From Stegostoma tigrinum (Eukaryota), in contig NC_081387.1 of the NCBI RefSeq assembly GCF_030684315.1, positions 21,756,647 to 21,820,646 on the forward strand: DNA of 64,000 nt. The letters run 5' to 3'. The notes beneath the pieces were generated by a model, which searched no databases, was not told where the DNA came from, and saw nothing but the letters and a program-made list of their open reading frames with translations. The stretch's first letter is position 1; each line of letters begins with the position of its first letter. Shown one piece after another: positions 12,101 through 23,700 of this stretch. The position numbers and the translations under genes were made by a program.

Positions 12101-15100
12101 ATCTTACAGGAAGAAAGGTTTTTGCCCTGCAGTTGTCTGTTTGAGCGTGTTCAGTCAGCGCACTCTATAAAGCGCGGTGTAGTACAGATATCTGTGACTC
12201 CGACACCATGAGTAATTTTGTTGCTTCTTCCTTCCTGTGCAGATAGTCTCTGGGAACAACTAGGTAAGAGGCTACCAGTGAGGTGATGTGTTTCGGGTGA
12301 TAATTTGAAACAAGATCCTGTATTCCCTCTCAGGGATGTATGATATCCTGTGGCCGCTATGCTAAAGAAGAGCAAGGTGGTTCGGCCTGGTGTGGGCAAA
12401 GCTTATCCCTCAATCACCATTGATTTTAAAACTGATTCGTTTATCACTGACTTCAATCTGGAGACACAAGTAATAGTCTGGGAACCCAAGAGCAAATCCT
12501 GCCACGGCAAATAGTTGAATTTGAATTCAATAAAAATCTAGAAATAGTGGTAACTATGAAACTATTATCAATTGTTGGGAAAAGACCCATCTGGTTCACT
12601 GATGCCTTTTCGGGAAGGAAACTGCCACCCTTATCCAATCTGGCCTACATGTGACTTCAGACCCACAGCATCATGGTTGACACTTTATATCTGCCCTGTG
12701 GGCCATTAGGGTATGGGCAATAAACGCTGGTTTGGACGGCAACGCTGTCATCCTGTGGGTGACACAGTGTCTCAGTGGTCAGCACTGCTGCCTCACAGGG
12801 CCTGGGTTTGACCCCACCCTTGGGCGACTGTCTGGCTGCACATTCTCCCCACATCTGCATGGGTTTCAACTGGATGCTCTGGTTTCCTCCTGCAGTCCAG
12901 AGGTGTGCAAGTTAGTTGGATTGGCCATTCTAACTTACCCGGAGTCTCCAAGGATGTGTCAGTTATGTGCGTTAGCCATGGGAAATGCAGGGTTACAGGA
13001 ATAGAGGGATGGGTCTGGGTGTGATGCCTGACAGACAGTTGGTGTGTACTCATTGGACTGAATGGCCAGTTTCCACACTGTAGAGAGTCTATGGAAGACA
13101 GTTGGTCTGTAATGATAGCCTCCCACTAGCAAGGATATTTCTGTCTCCAGGGCCACCAAACATGCCTTTCAATTGAAATGGATGGAAGCTGAAGCAAATG
13201 GAGAGTTCAAGATAATAAAATGTGAGGCTGGATGAACACAGCAGGCCAAGCAGCATCTCAGGAGCACAAAAGCTCTCTCTGATGAAGGGTCTAGGCCCAA
13301 AACGTCAGCTTTTGTGCTCCTGAGATACTGCTTGGCCTGCTGTGTTCATCCAGCCTCACATTTTATTATCTTGGATTCTCCAGCATCTGCAGTTCCCATT
13401 ATCGCAAATGGAGAGTTGATGTGTTTGGCAAGATCTGGACGAAAGGGAAACAGTTCCAGAATTTTAAAACAAATGACACGTTGACACAAATTACCAATGC
13501 CGGCCAAACATCTTCCTGGTCCATGCTGGTTTTTATGCACCACACAAACTGCTCACCTTGCAGTCTGCTGTGCCACCACCCACCCACCCACCCACCCCTA
13601 TCAATGGACTAACACTTCCCTACCTCAACCATGCCATGTGTCAGTGATTCTTACCATGTGACTGCTTTCTGGGCAAAAGAACTTCTCCAGAATTCTTCAC
13701 TTGAATAACTTATGACTTTTTTTTAATTCCCCCCCCTCCTTTCCATCCGTGTTCTGGACTTGTGTAGGAACAGGAGGCCATTCAGCCCTTCCAGCCTACC
13801 GTACCAGTTACTGAGATGACAACTGATCTGTAGCTCCACGTCCCCTGATACTTCCTGTCTGATTCGAGTTGCACTATCTCACTCTTTCCCACCTTTGGAA
13901 AACAACTTTCCCATGCCCTCTCAAAGGTTAACCTTAATTTGAAATTCCTCCATCAGCTCAGGTGTTTTCAGAGTTCCTATCATTTTTGATCTGCTCTGAT
14001 AAGAGGTGAATGGACCAGCATCAATGGTTAAAGGATGTAACTTGGGAATAGAGATTTCCCACCATGTTTCTGTAACGGATTAAAGTCATTTCAGTTGTAC
14101 AACCCTGTGGGTCCACAGTTATACAAACGATGTTTTCTCAGATTTTGTGCTGAATGGTAAAAACATATTCAATGTAAATCTGCTCAATTCTTAGTCAGTG
14201 AAGAGCTTTATACTGCTAACTAATGTTCTTTTCCTTTTTAGGTAAAATTCGCCCTCTCCCTCAACTAGGTAAGGCATGGAGTAACTTTTCATCGTTATTA
14301 AGATGTGCGCATCACTGGTTGGGCCAAAATTTATTCCCCATCACTAATTTCCCTTGAAGGTAGTGATGAGTTGTAGTCCTGTAGGACTTAGAGACGTCTA
14401 AGAGAGCTGATGGGTGGGGTGTTGGGACTTGCAGGATTTAGACCCAGTGATGCTGAAAGAATACTGATTATATTCCCAAGTTAGAATGGTGTGTGGCTTG
14501 GAGGGAAATGTACAGGGGGTGGTATCTCAGGCACCTGCTGCCCTCGTTCTCTGGACGGCAGTGGTGCCTGGTTTGGGAGGACCTATCAAAGATCGTGTTA
14601 GGGGTGAATCTCACCTCTGTTCACCGCCACTAAACTCAGAGCTCACAGAGTCCACAACTAACCTCTGTCTGATACCCTGCCTCATCCTTTAAATATTCAG
14701 TCAGCTCGCCAAGACGTCTAAGCAGGCTCTGTTTTAGACACCTTTCTGAAAACTGCACAAATGTACAATGAATTATTTGGAGGTGATTTAATCCCAGTCT
14801 CCTTGTCCTTTTCAGCAATTCAGAGAATGACTGATGCTGCAGGTAAGAACTGTGCCTCCTCAATAACTCCATGTTGAATGGTGTTTCAGGCAGGGTAGAA
14901 GTGAGGACTACAATGAGGGAGTGAAGTGGGGAGGAGTGAATTGTTTATGTGGTGGTGAAGAAGTCGTTTCATGTGTGCATGAGTGTGGAGGTGAAGGTGT
15001 CAGTCCAAATGAATTGTGTGTAATTTGTATCTTGTTTTTGGCCTCCTCCAGTGCTGAGAGATCCTATTCAGCCCATTGAATTTGTGTTTGCATTTTGGAA

Positions 15101-17749
15101 GAGCTATTCAGTTGTTCCTCCTCCCTGCTGTTTTCCCCAAAAGCTACACATTTCCCCTTTAAGTATTTATCCAGTTCCCTTGCTTGATTGTTGTCTAGGG
15201 AAAAAAAATCTGTATCCTGTTTTTTTTTAACCTATTTATTAGCAATCTGTGTCATCAGATTACCGACCCTCCTGCCACTGACAACTGAGAAAATGAGCAT
15301 CTATTCAAACTCCTGAATGGATCGATCAAATCTCCTCCTCATAGAATTAATGAGAGGATGATGTGGCAGAGGTCTTGCTCCCCTGTTAAATTTAATATTT
15401 AGTCATTGTTACTCTCCCTAAGGACATATTGCATTCAATATCCACAAGTCCTCATTGTAAAAGTTTACTTATTCACAGAATTTGTTGGCACAGAAAGAGG
15501 CCACTCAGTGCAACTAGGTTTGAGCTGGCATTCGTGTTCCATGTGCTCCCCCCCCCCAAAAAAAAATAATAAAGTAAGGTGGTATGGGATTCAGGGGAAT
15601 TTGGCTGTCTGGATACAAAACTGACTGTACAATAGAAGACAGAGGGTGGTAATAGATGATTCAGCCTGGAGCTCAGTGACCAGTGGTGTTCTGCAGGGAT
15701 CTGTTCTGGGACCTCTGCTCTTTGTGATCTTTATATAATGAAGTGGAAGGGTGGGTTAGTAAGTTTGCTGATGATACAAGGGTTGGTGGAGTTGTGGACC
15801 GTGTGGAGGGCTATTGTAGGTTGCAACAGGATATTGACAGGATGAAGAGCTGGGCAAAGAAGTGGCAGAAGGAATTCAACCCAGAAAAGTGTGAAGTGAT
15901 TCATTTTGGAAGGTCGAATTTGAATGCAGAATACAGGGTTAATTGAAGGATTCTTGGCAGTGTGGAGGGATCTTGGGGTCCACGTCCATAGATCCCTCAA
16001 AGTTGCTACCTAAGTTGATTGGGCTGTAAAGCAGGCTTATAGTGTGTTGGCTTTCATTGGCAGGAGAATTGAGTTTAAGAGCTGAGAGGTTATACTGTAG
16101 GTCTATAAAACCCTGATTAGATCACACTTGGAGTACTGTGCTTGGTTCTGGTTGCCGCATGAGAGGGTAGTTGTGGAAACTTTAGAGAGGCTGCAGAGGA
16201 GATTTACCAGGATGTGGCCTGGACTGGAGGGCAGGTCTTATGAGGAAAGGTTGAGGAAGCTATGGCTTTTTTCATTGGAGCGAAGAAGGATGAGATAGAA
16301 GTGTACAAGATGATGAGAGGCATAGATAGAGTTTTTTAGCCAGAGACATTTGCCCAGGGTGGAAATGACTATTATGAGGAGGCATAATTTTAAGGTGATT
16401 GGAGGAAGGTATGGGGAAATGTCAGATGTAGGTTCTTTACACAGAGAGTGGTGGACATGTGGAATGCGCTGCTGATCGTGGTAGTGGAGTCAGATACTGC
16501 AGAGACATTTAAGTGACTCTTGGATAGGCACATGGATGATAATAAAATGTAGGGTATGCAGGGTAATTTGATCTTAGTTGGATAATAATTTGACACAGCA
16601 TCGTAGGCTGAAGGGCCTGTACTGTGCTGTGCTGTACTGTTCCTTATCTCTATGTTTTGTTCTAGAATGGGGAACCTGCTAAGGAGAGCAGTTTCACCTA
16701 AATTCACCATTGGTAACTGTCTTTTGTTTATAGACCCTGGTTCTCCTCCCCTCTCTGGATCACTAATGTTCTTACAGCAAAGGTAACTGCTGTCCTCATC
16801 TGGTCTCGTCTAAATGTAACTCCAGACTCACTGCTGTGGATGACTGTCAGGGTAAATTAGGGATGGCCTAGCCAGTGATACCCACAATGTGAATGAAATT
16901 TAAAAAAATTAGGAGCCGCAGCCTATCGAGTGGATTAACAAGGAAGTTAAGGATAGCAGGTTAGGACAGAAGCTGAATAAATGATAATAAGAGCAAAAAG
17001 TAGGAGAGAATGGGTGACTGTGCTAATAGCAACCCATGTCATAACAGGACCTGGTGAGGGGTTGGTGAAAAACATGGAAGGACGGAATCAGGCTCTCGAG
17101 TTATTGCCGTGTCCAAGAGACTGCAGGGTCCCCAAGCAGAAATTGAGAAGTGTTTCTTTAAGCTTCTGCTAAACCTATCTCTTGCTCTTCCAACCTTTTT
17201 TGTTTTGTAGACTGCATTGAACTGGACTGTGACACTGCGAATCCAAACCTCCTGATATCCTCCGATCTGACCACCATGAGCTGCACTGCAGAAGGGAAGT
17301 TTCTTGCTGACAGCAGTGCGAGATTCGAGCACAGATTGGTCACGTTGGGAAAGACTGGATTCACCAGTGGCAGGCACTATTGGCTGGTGGAAGTGGACAT
17401 GCACTCCGTCTGGGACCTGGGAGTAGCCAGGGAGTCGGTAAGCAGGGAAGGAAATCTACCTTTGATCCCTGAAAATGGATACTGGACTATTCGGCACGAT
17501 GGGAAGAAATACTGGGCCAACCTCACCAGCCCTTTGGAAATCATGTGCAAGGAAAAACTCCAGAGAATTGGAATATATGTCAACTACAATGCTGGACAGG
17601 TCCTGTTCTGTGATGGCGCTACCTACTCACACCTCCACAGTTTCACTTCCAGCTTTGAGGGGATGATCTACCCCTTCTTCAGTCTCTCGGGGTCTGGCAA
17701 ATGTTCCATTTTGCCATCAATCACCCCACTTTCCAATTGGAATCACTGA
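3122..17749 (+). CDS. Butyrophilin-like gene A (SP-IgV-IgC-TM-juxtamembrane micro-exons-B30.2), about 502 aa
   Basis: join(3122-3197,5240-5584,7434-7712,8966-9085,9613-9639,10533-10559,11306-11326,12243-12263,14242-14268,14816-14842,17211-17749) = 1509 nt, open frame, all introns GT-AG phase 1. Confidence 0.9.
5240..5584 (+). CDS. Gene A IgV exon
   Basis: DNFQISCTQYPVVVEVGATAVLECQL..EIRWSK..VHLY..YKDRTQLF..GNVSLKL..DNGKYKCFV; B7/BTN-type V domain; cctag acceptor, A|gtaagt donor. Confidence 0.95.
6700..6890 (-). mobile_element. HE1-like SINE 3' fragment
   Basis: Matches the SINE copies at 22550-22880 and 12760-13095 (aggccattca..gagtccacactgaccctc..ggccaattcacctaacctgcacatctttg). Confidence 0.65.
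7434..7712 (+). CDS. Gene A IgC (CD80-like C2) exon
   Basis: FGEWPLI..GIQLQCESENWFPPPTVQW..FNCLLKS..EFYVP; ggcag acceptor, G|gttagt donor. Confidence 0.92.
8966..9085 (+). CDS. Gene A transmembrane exon
   Basis: DEFHPKTSVWLYIFLLIFFGILGLIIGLFLFFRKQKRHIR; 120 nt, same length as in gene B. Confidence 0.92.
9613..9639 (+). CDS. Gene A micro-exon 1 (27 nt, DLKKRPTTT)
   Basis: Polypyrimidine-ccag acceptor, G|gtgaga donor; paralogous to ELNERPTIK of gene B. Confidence 0.85.
10533..10559 (+). CDS. Gene A micro-exon 2 (27 nt, DYSWKKSNN)
   Basis: ttttag acceptor, G|gtaagt donor. Confidence 0.8.
10843..10960 (+). mobile_element. Degraded PLE 3'-end fragment (family 2) with mutated hammerhead core
   Basis: CTGAAGAGGAGCCACTGGACCCAAAACATTAA followed by a tail resembling 57859-57975 and 39272-39400. 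Confidence 0.55.
11306..11326 (+). CDS. Gene A micro-exon 3 (21 nt, VELRQVM)
   Basis: Long T tract with ttcag acceptor, G|gtaaga donor. Confidence 0.8.
12243..12263 (+). CDS. Gene A micro-exon 4 (21 nt, DSLWEQL)
   Basis: tgcag acceptor, G|gtaaga donor. Confidence 0.8.
   Translation: MVSGNN
12760..13095 (+). mobile_element. tRNA-derived HE1-like SINE
   Basis: tRNA-like head (..ctcagtggtcagcactgctgcctcacag..gggtttgac), central core, CR1-like tail ending ttccacactgtag. Confidence 0.75.
13208..13403 (+). mobile_element. Hairpin PLE 3'-end insertion (family 1) with hammerhead core in the loop; 14-bp TSD
   Basis: Inverted arms 13208-13274 and 13307-13373 (one mismatch); TSD GCAAATGGAGAGTT at 13194-13207 and 13404-13417; core CTGATGA at 13279, GAAA mutated to AAAA. 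Confidence 0.9.
14242..14268 (+). CDS. Gene A micro-exon 5 (27 nt, GKIRPLPQL)
   Basis: tttttag acceptor, G|gtaagg donor. Confidence 0.8.
   Translation, partial: VKFALSLN
14816..14842 (+). CDS. Gene A micro-exon 6 (27 nt, AIQRMTDAA)
   Basis: tttcag acceptor, G|gtaaga donor; paralogous to AAERVIAAA of gene B. Confidence 0.85.
15575..16650 (+). mobile_element. 5'-truncated CR1 LINE (RT C-terminal part and 3' end)
   Basis: VLQGSVLGPLLF, SKFADDTRVGG, FNPEKCEVIHFG motifs; ends in (ctgtg/ctgta)n tail. Confidence 0.9.
17211..17749 (+). CDS. Gene A B30.2 (PRY-SPRY) terminal exon
   Basis: IELDCDTANPNLLIS..RF..GFTSGRHYWLVEV..WDLGVA..PENGYWTI..IGIYVNYNAGQVLF..IYPFF; tgtag acceptor; TGA at 17747-17749. 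Confidence 0.95.
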
Positions 17750-18734
17750 CTGGGTCAAGTATCTTCCAATTGAGCCATTGGTTAGCGTGTCGTGGAGTGG
17801 TGATGCCACCCTGCTAAAGTCACATGACACAAATGGATGCCACCTTGCTCCCAGAGATTTTCCTATGGAATTGGGAGACCGTGGTTCTCTCTTGTATTTG
17901 CCATTAATGTTTACTGGGGTGGTTGGGTTGGGGGAGAAATGGGCAGACTGCATTGGGAGAAAAGAAGCCAAAATGGTTTGCGCACTCTAACACTGGGATG
18001 TGCATTTCCCACTTTATCCCTGATTTACTCCTCCTTTCCTGGATTGGCCACAAGTTTGGAGAAATTCTGCACACCTCAGCTTTACCAATCATTAACAAAT
18101 ATATTTTATTCACTGTCTTGGCTCTGATACCTTCACAACTCTGCTCACATACACAAACATTACTTTCCTCCCAACCACGTGAAACTTGGCAACCACACTA
18201 TCACAAATTAGATTTTAATCCATTTTTCCTATGACTTTAGCTGGCCCTTATTTAGTAAATATTTAGCCTGTAACGAACATAATCTCTCACTCGCTCTCTC
18301 TGTGCTAGGAATATAGATCTTTGGAACATGTTGAGACCTTCAAACCTGTTTGATAGGACTATCTGTGATCTGGAGTCTCTCCCAGCTCTACTTCCTCTGT
18401 CTATCCCATAACCCTTAAATCTCTTGTCTATCAAACCTATCTAACTTGGTCGTTGAATAAATTAAAATACCCAGCCCTACTGGCTCCTGGGAGCCCTATA
18501 CTCTAATAGCACTCAGACCAAAATAATCCTCTCATTCCTGACTTGGAAAGGAATGCCTCTTATCCTTTAAACTTTGTTCCTTATTGTTGTCTCTTCCGCT
18601 TACTGTCAGCAAGTGCTATCACACTACTGCAGCAAAGAACCATCAATTACCTATACAGCCAATGTTTGATAATGCAAAAATCTGGATGTTTACAAGTCTT
18701 TCTCTGCTCTAAAGGCTACACTATTACATTCTAT

Positions 18735-19205
18735 AAGATCATAAGACATAGGAGCAGAAATTAAGCTGTTCAGCCCATTGAGTTTGCTGTGCCATTCAAT
18801 CATGGCTGTTAAGTTTCTCAACCCCATTCTCCCACTTTCTCCTCATAACCCTTAATCCCCAAAACAATCAAGAACTTGTCTATCTCGTCTTAAATATACT
18901 CAGTGACTTGGCCTCCACAGTCTTCTGTGGCAGTGAATTACGTGGATTCACTACTCTCTGGCTGAAGAAGTTTCTCCTCCTCTCCAATCTAAAAGGGCTT
19001 CCCTTTACTCTACGGCTGTGGCCTTGGGTCCTAGTCCATCCTGCTAATGGAAACATCTTCAGAACATCCATTCTGTCCAGGCTATTCGGTATTCTGTAAG
19101 TTCCAGTTCGATGCCCCCTTTTCCTTCTCGACTCGATCAAGTATAGACCCAGAGTCCTCAAATGTTCCTCATAGATTAAGCACTTCATTCCTGGGACCAT
19201 TTGGT
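18735..19205 (-). mobile_element. CR1 LINE 3' fragment
   Basis: ORF 18880..19212(-) with TRTQGHS..RRNFFSQRVVN..NSLP CR1 C-terminal motif. Confidence 0.85.
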
Positions 19206-19232
19206 GGAACATTCCCAGAGCAGTCCAGCATT

Positions 19233-20334
19233 GAACTAATAATGTTTGGATTAAAAAGGACTAAATGTGATTTGCTATGTGGTATCCATATCACAATGAT
19301 TGTACAAATTAAATGTTAGTTATTAAAGATCCAATAATTACATGTAAGCTCTGGGTTCCTAATTTGTGCTTGAGAAGTGGGTGTCATGAGCAATTTCTGG
19401 TTGAAATGGTTCTGATTGGTGAGTAATGAAGTATTTTGCCAGTACATGTCACAGTTGGTGGTTCTAGGGTGGAAAGTATCATCACAGCAACAGAAGCAGT
19501 AATGTGAAGACAATATTGTGCCTATTTCAACTCTTGACTGAAATTTGAACCTTCCTCATGTTTTTCTTAGCTGTTAACCTGCTCTGACATCCTGTACATC
19601 ATAGAGTCCTGCATTATGAAAGAAAGTTTATCTATTTTTAACGTGGCAATGTATGACTTCTTAGACCTAAGTAATCAATGATTCTGATAACTTAATGACT
19701 GTGAAATATCGGTATTTGGTGGATGTGGTTCCTAATCCTGAAGTAGATTTCTAAGCATTTTGCTTGATTTGGAGAATGGCGCGGGTCATAGCGGAATCGC
19801 CCCTTGGAATTAAAATACTGATCTGCAACATCTCACTAAGTTTGCGGCTAATTCAAGGCCCACAGCAAGTCACTGCCTGCCGTCAAGCACAGACCAGTAT
19901 CTTTTTGTTAGAGTCCTGTTTCCAGTTGTAAATTGGACTTGAAGGTGGGAATGGTGGAGTTGACCTGCTTGTGGAGAAGTCACCACCTCTTCTTCGAACA
20001 ATTCAATATGTGAACAAAGAAGATTGACCTCGCTATTTGCAGAAGGTTTCACACTGACTCATTGTCTTGCTGGACTCATTCTGCCGTGTTCCTGGAGTAT
20101 TAAGACAGATGTGTCTCCTTTGAGTTGAGCATGTGTCTGTTTGTTTTAATTTTGTTTTACAGAATGAATTACGAACTAATAATGTTTGGATTAAAAAGGA
20201 CTAAATGTGATTTGCTATGTGGTATCCATATCACAATGATTGTACAAATTAAATGTTAATTATTAAAGATCCAATAATTACATGTAAGCTCTGGGTTCCT
20301 AATTTGTGCTTGAGAAGTGGGTGTCATGAGCAAT
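19233..20334. repeat. 162-bp direct repeat pair (19233-19394 and 20173-20334), one mismatch
   Basis: gaactaataatgtttgg...gtgtcatgagcaat occurs twice, 940 bp apart. Confidence 0.95.
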
Positions 20335-22080
20335 GCCAGAACTTGTTCTCATGGGAAGGTAGTGATGAGCTGTAGCTTTAAGTCCCTATGCTCTTTGGGT
20401 TGTGAGTTCCAGGTTTTTTACCGGCAACATTGAGGAGCAGCACTGTGCTTCTGTGTTTGGAGGTGGGTGACTTGGAGGGGAGCTTGGTGGTGTTTCCATG
20501 TACCTGTTGCCCACACCCTTCTAGGAGTTTGAGGTAGGCGCTGTTGAAAGAGGCTTCCCAAGTGACTGCAGTTATATATAGTATACAGTGCTGCTTCTGA
20601 AGGTTTGAACACCCAGGTGCTTGAGCAAGTGCAGTCACTACAATTGAAATATTCCATGGATCATGTCTTCCAGAATATGATGACTCTGCAGCTACAGAGG
20701 ATTCGGGGATGGGAACTGGATGGCTACAAGCAGTCAGTTGTTAGAATTTTCCAGGAAGGAACGTGGCTCTTTCTTTCAAACAAGCTGAGTATCAGAGAGG
20801 GTTGTAACACTTAGGGGACAGCAATCTAAAGTACATCTGCAATACACAGGGTCAAATTACCATGTCATGGAGCCCAGCAAAGTGACAAAAGTGCATTCTC
20901 AGGTTAAGAGTCCCACATGGTATCTCACCTCCCTGATCCAGGGTAAACAGCATCACTGAAAGGGTGTAGGATGCTCCGCCAGAGAAAGGGAACAACCAGA
21001 AATTGTCTTCCTCTTTAGCATATGCAAGGAAATGTTTGAGATCTGGCAGGGTTACCGGAGTTTCAACGAATCTCAGTGTCCCACAGTCACGCTGACAACC
21101 GGAAGGTCGATTGTGTAGTTGATGAAATGGTGCAAGAGGTAAGATTTTGAATCCTGAGATATGGGCACCATTTCAGGGGCAGGACAGACTTCCTCAAGGT
21201 GAAGGAGAACTGAAAGCCATGTTCTTGCTGGAATGTTGGTTTATGCTGCAAGGGGGGTGGGGGGAATGGGCAATAAGAGAAGAAACAAGGTACACACAGT
21301 TTTAAAAAAAACGCCAGAGGTTGCCGGGGGGAATGCAAAGCAGATTAACATATCTTTGGAGTGTGTTTGTGTGTGCTTGTATGAGAGAGTGAGAAAGAGA
21401 GAGATGGAGAGAGAAAATGCATTGAGGCAAGAAAACTGCAGGCATAAGTCATTGCACAGGATCGCAGCAGCAATAATGGACTCCTAGAAGCAGAGCAGAG
21501 ATGGGAGCCTCAACTTCTGAGTACGTAATATTGAAGGGAACGAGGAGTTTGTGGTACTATTATTTACAGATTTTGTAATGGAGAGGGAGATGATGTGGGA
21601 TTGAAGGTAAATACAGGGTGTAATCCGTAGGCAGCAGAATAGTGCGAAGGAGGTTGAGGAGTAAGTGTACAGAATTTTATTTAATTCACTCATGGGATGT
21701 GGGCATTGCTGGGCTGGTCCAGCATTGATGGCCCATTCCTAGTTAACCTTGGTAATAAGCTGTTCTGAATCACCGCAATCCATTAATGTGGATCTATCCA
21801 CAATGCCATTAGGAAGAAAATTCCTGGATTTTGATTCAGCAAAATTGTAGGAACGGCAATATATCTTGAAGTCAGGATGGTGAGAGACTTGGAATGGAAT
21901 TTGCAGGTGGTGGTTGTCCCATGGATTTCTGCAGAACAACTTGTAAATGGTACACTGCTGCTACTGAGTGTTGGTGGTAGGGGCAGTGGATGTCTGTGGT
22001 GCACACACAATGCTCGAGAAACTCAGTACGTTTGGCAGCTTCTGTGGAGAGAGAAACAGGTCCAGTATATCTGTTCCTCC

Positions 22081-22132
22081 GAGATAATGAAATGTGAGGC
22101 TGGATGAACACAGCAGGCCCAGCAGCATCTCA
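22081..22132 (-). mobile_element. Short PLE family 1 3'-end fragment
   Basis: gagataatgaaatgtgaggctggatgaacacagcaggcccagcagcatctca matches the left arm at 13208. Confidence 0.8.
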
Positions 22133-22549
22133 CTAGCCACTGAATTTGTAGCTCATACAGCTCAATGTCTGGTCAATGCTATCCCCATGGTATTGAGCAT
22201 AAAGAGTTTGATGGTTAGATCCTCTCCTTTTGGAGATGGTCATTGAAGGTTTGCAGGCAAAGCGTTAAACTGAAGTTTCAAGCTTTTTTCTTTGTAAATT
22301 CTGCTTTACCTGTTTGTTTTAGTTATTAAATTGTTAATGAGCACGTACATACAACCATTACACCTGTTTGGGATAAGATTTTATCTTTTGAAAATGGGAG
22401 GATTTTATTAATGTTTCACAGTGTGTCAGTACTCCTTTTAAGAGACGCTCATGATTTTGTCACTCTACCATAACATGGGGGTACAAGGATCTCCTATGTC
22501 ATCTTACCATGGAATAACTAGGATTTAATGAATGATTTCAAGCCCGTCA

Positions 22550-22880
22550 TAGAATCAGTGTGGAAGCAGGCCATTCAGCCCATTGAGTCCACACCAACCC
22601 TCCAAAGAGCATCCCTCTCAGACCCACCCCTTACATTTTCCATGGCTAATCCACCTAACCTACGTATCCTGAGACATATGGGCAATTTAGCATAGCCAAG
22701 CCACCTAATCTGTGGAGCTTTAGACTGTGGACGGAAACTAGAGCATCCGGAGGAAACACGCACAGACACGGGGAGACTGTGCACACTCCACACAGACAGT
22801 CGCCTGAGGGTGGAATCAAACCTGGGTCCTTGGCACTGCGAGGCATCAGTGCTAACCACTGAGCCACTGTGCCACCCATG
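22550..22880 (-). mobile_element. HE1-like SINE
   Basis: Reverse strand starts GGGTGGCACAGTGGCTCAGTGGTTAGCACTG (A box) and CCAGGTTTGATTCC (B box-like). Confidence 0.8.
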
Positions 22881-23364
22881 TTTCTTATTGCTCTTCCATT
22901 GCCATCTCTGCACAATTTGTGCCTAGTTTCTTACGAGAGATAACAAATGTTGCCACATCAGGTAAAATACTCTGCTGGAAGCAAAAATCACATCAGTAAC
23001 ATCCTCACAAAATGCCAACAAGTTTGCTAAATATGATTTTCTTTTCATAAATCCACATTGACTGCACAATTTTGGCATTCATTTATAAATATCAATATAC
23101 ACTAAAATTAGGTTCTAACATTTTCCTAGTCTCAATGTAAAACTAACGAGTCTCTAGTTCTTCACTCACTCTCTTCTTAAATTGTGCAGTTAAATTTGCA
23201 TCATTCCAGTTACCAAGAACCTCTCCAGGATCTATAGAGCTCTGAAAGATAACTACTAATGTACCCCACTATCTCTCTCTTCCCTCTTCCTTCAACATCC
23301 TAAGAAAAAGATCATCTTGTTGAGAAGATTTATCAGCCTTCAATCCAGCTATCATTTAAAGTCA

Positions 23365-23700
23365 TAGATTCCCTACAGCGTGGAAAAAGGCCATTTGGCC
23401 CATTGAGTCTGCACCAACACTTTTTAGAGCACCCGAACCAGGCCCCGCCCCATCCGCATAACTCCACATTTCCCAAGGCTAATCCACCTAGACTGCACAT
23501 CATTGAACACGATGGATAATTTAGCAAGGTCAATCCAACAAGCCTCCATCTCTGTAGCATGAAAGGAGACCAGAGTACCTGGCAGAAACTCATGCAGAGA
23601 ATGTGCATGCTCCAGCAGTCACCAAAGGCTGGAATTGGAAGCAGTGTGGGTCCCTGGCAGTGTGAGGCAGCAGTACTAACCACTGAGCCAACATGCTGCC
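23365..23700 (-). mobile_element. HE1-like SINE
   Basis: Same family as 22550-22880. Confidence 0.75.

Noticed and set aside
13208-13403. DNA-transposon MITE or conserved microRNA gene
   Set aside because: Arms are asymmetric, TSD lengths vary (13-15 bp), and the sequence matches the Penelope 3' end.
17211-17749. Stand-alone TRIM gene
   Set aside because: No RING or B-box exons were found; the B30.2 exons splice in frame to TM and Ig exons.
22800-22880. tRNA genes at SINE heads (also near 12760, 23650 and 31040)
   Set aside because: A/B-box-like motifs continue into SINE bodies and I could not fold a full cloverleaf.
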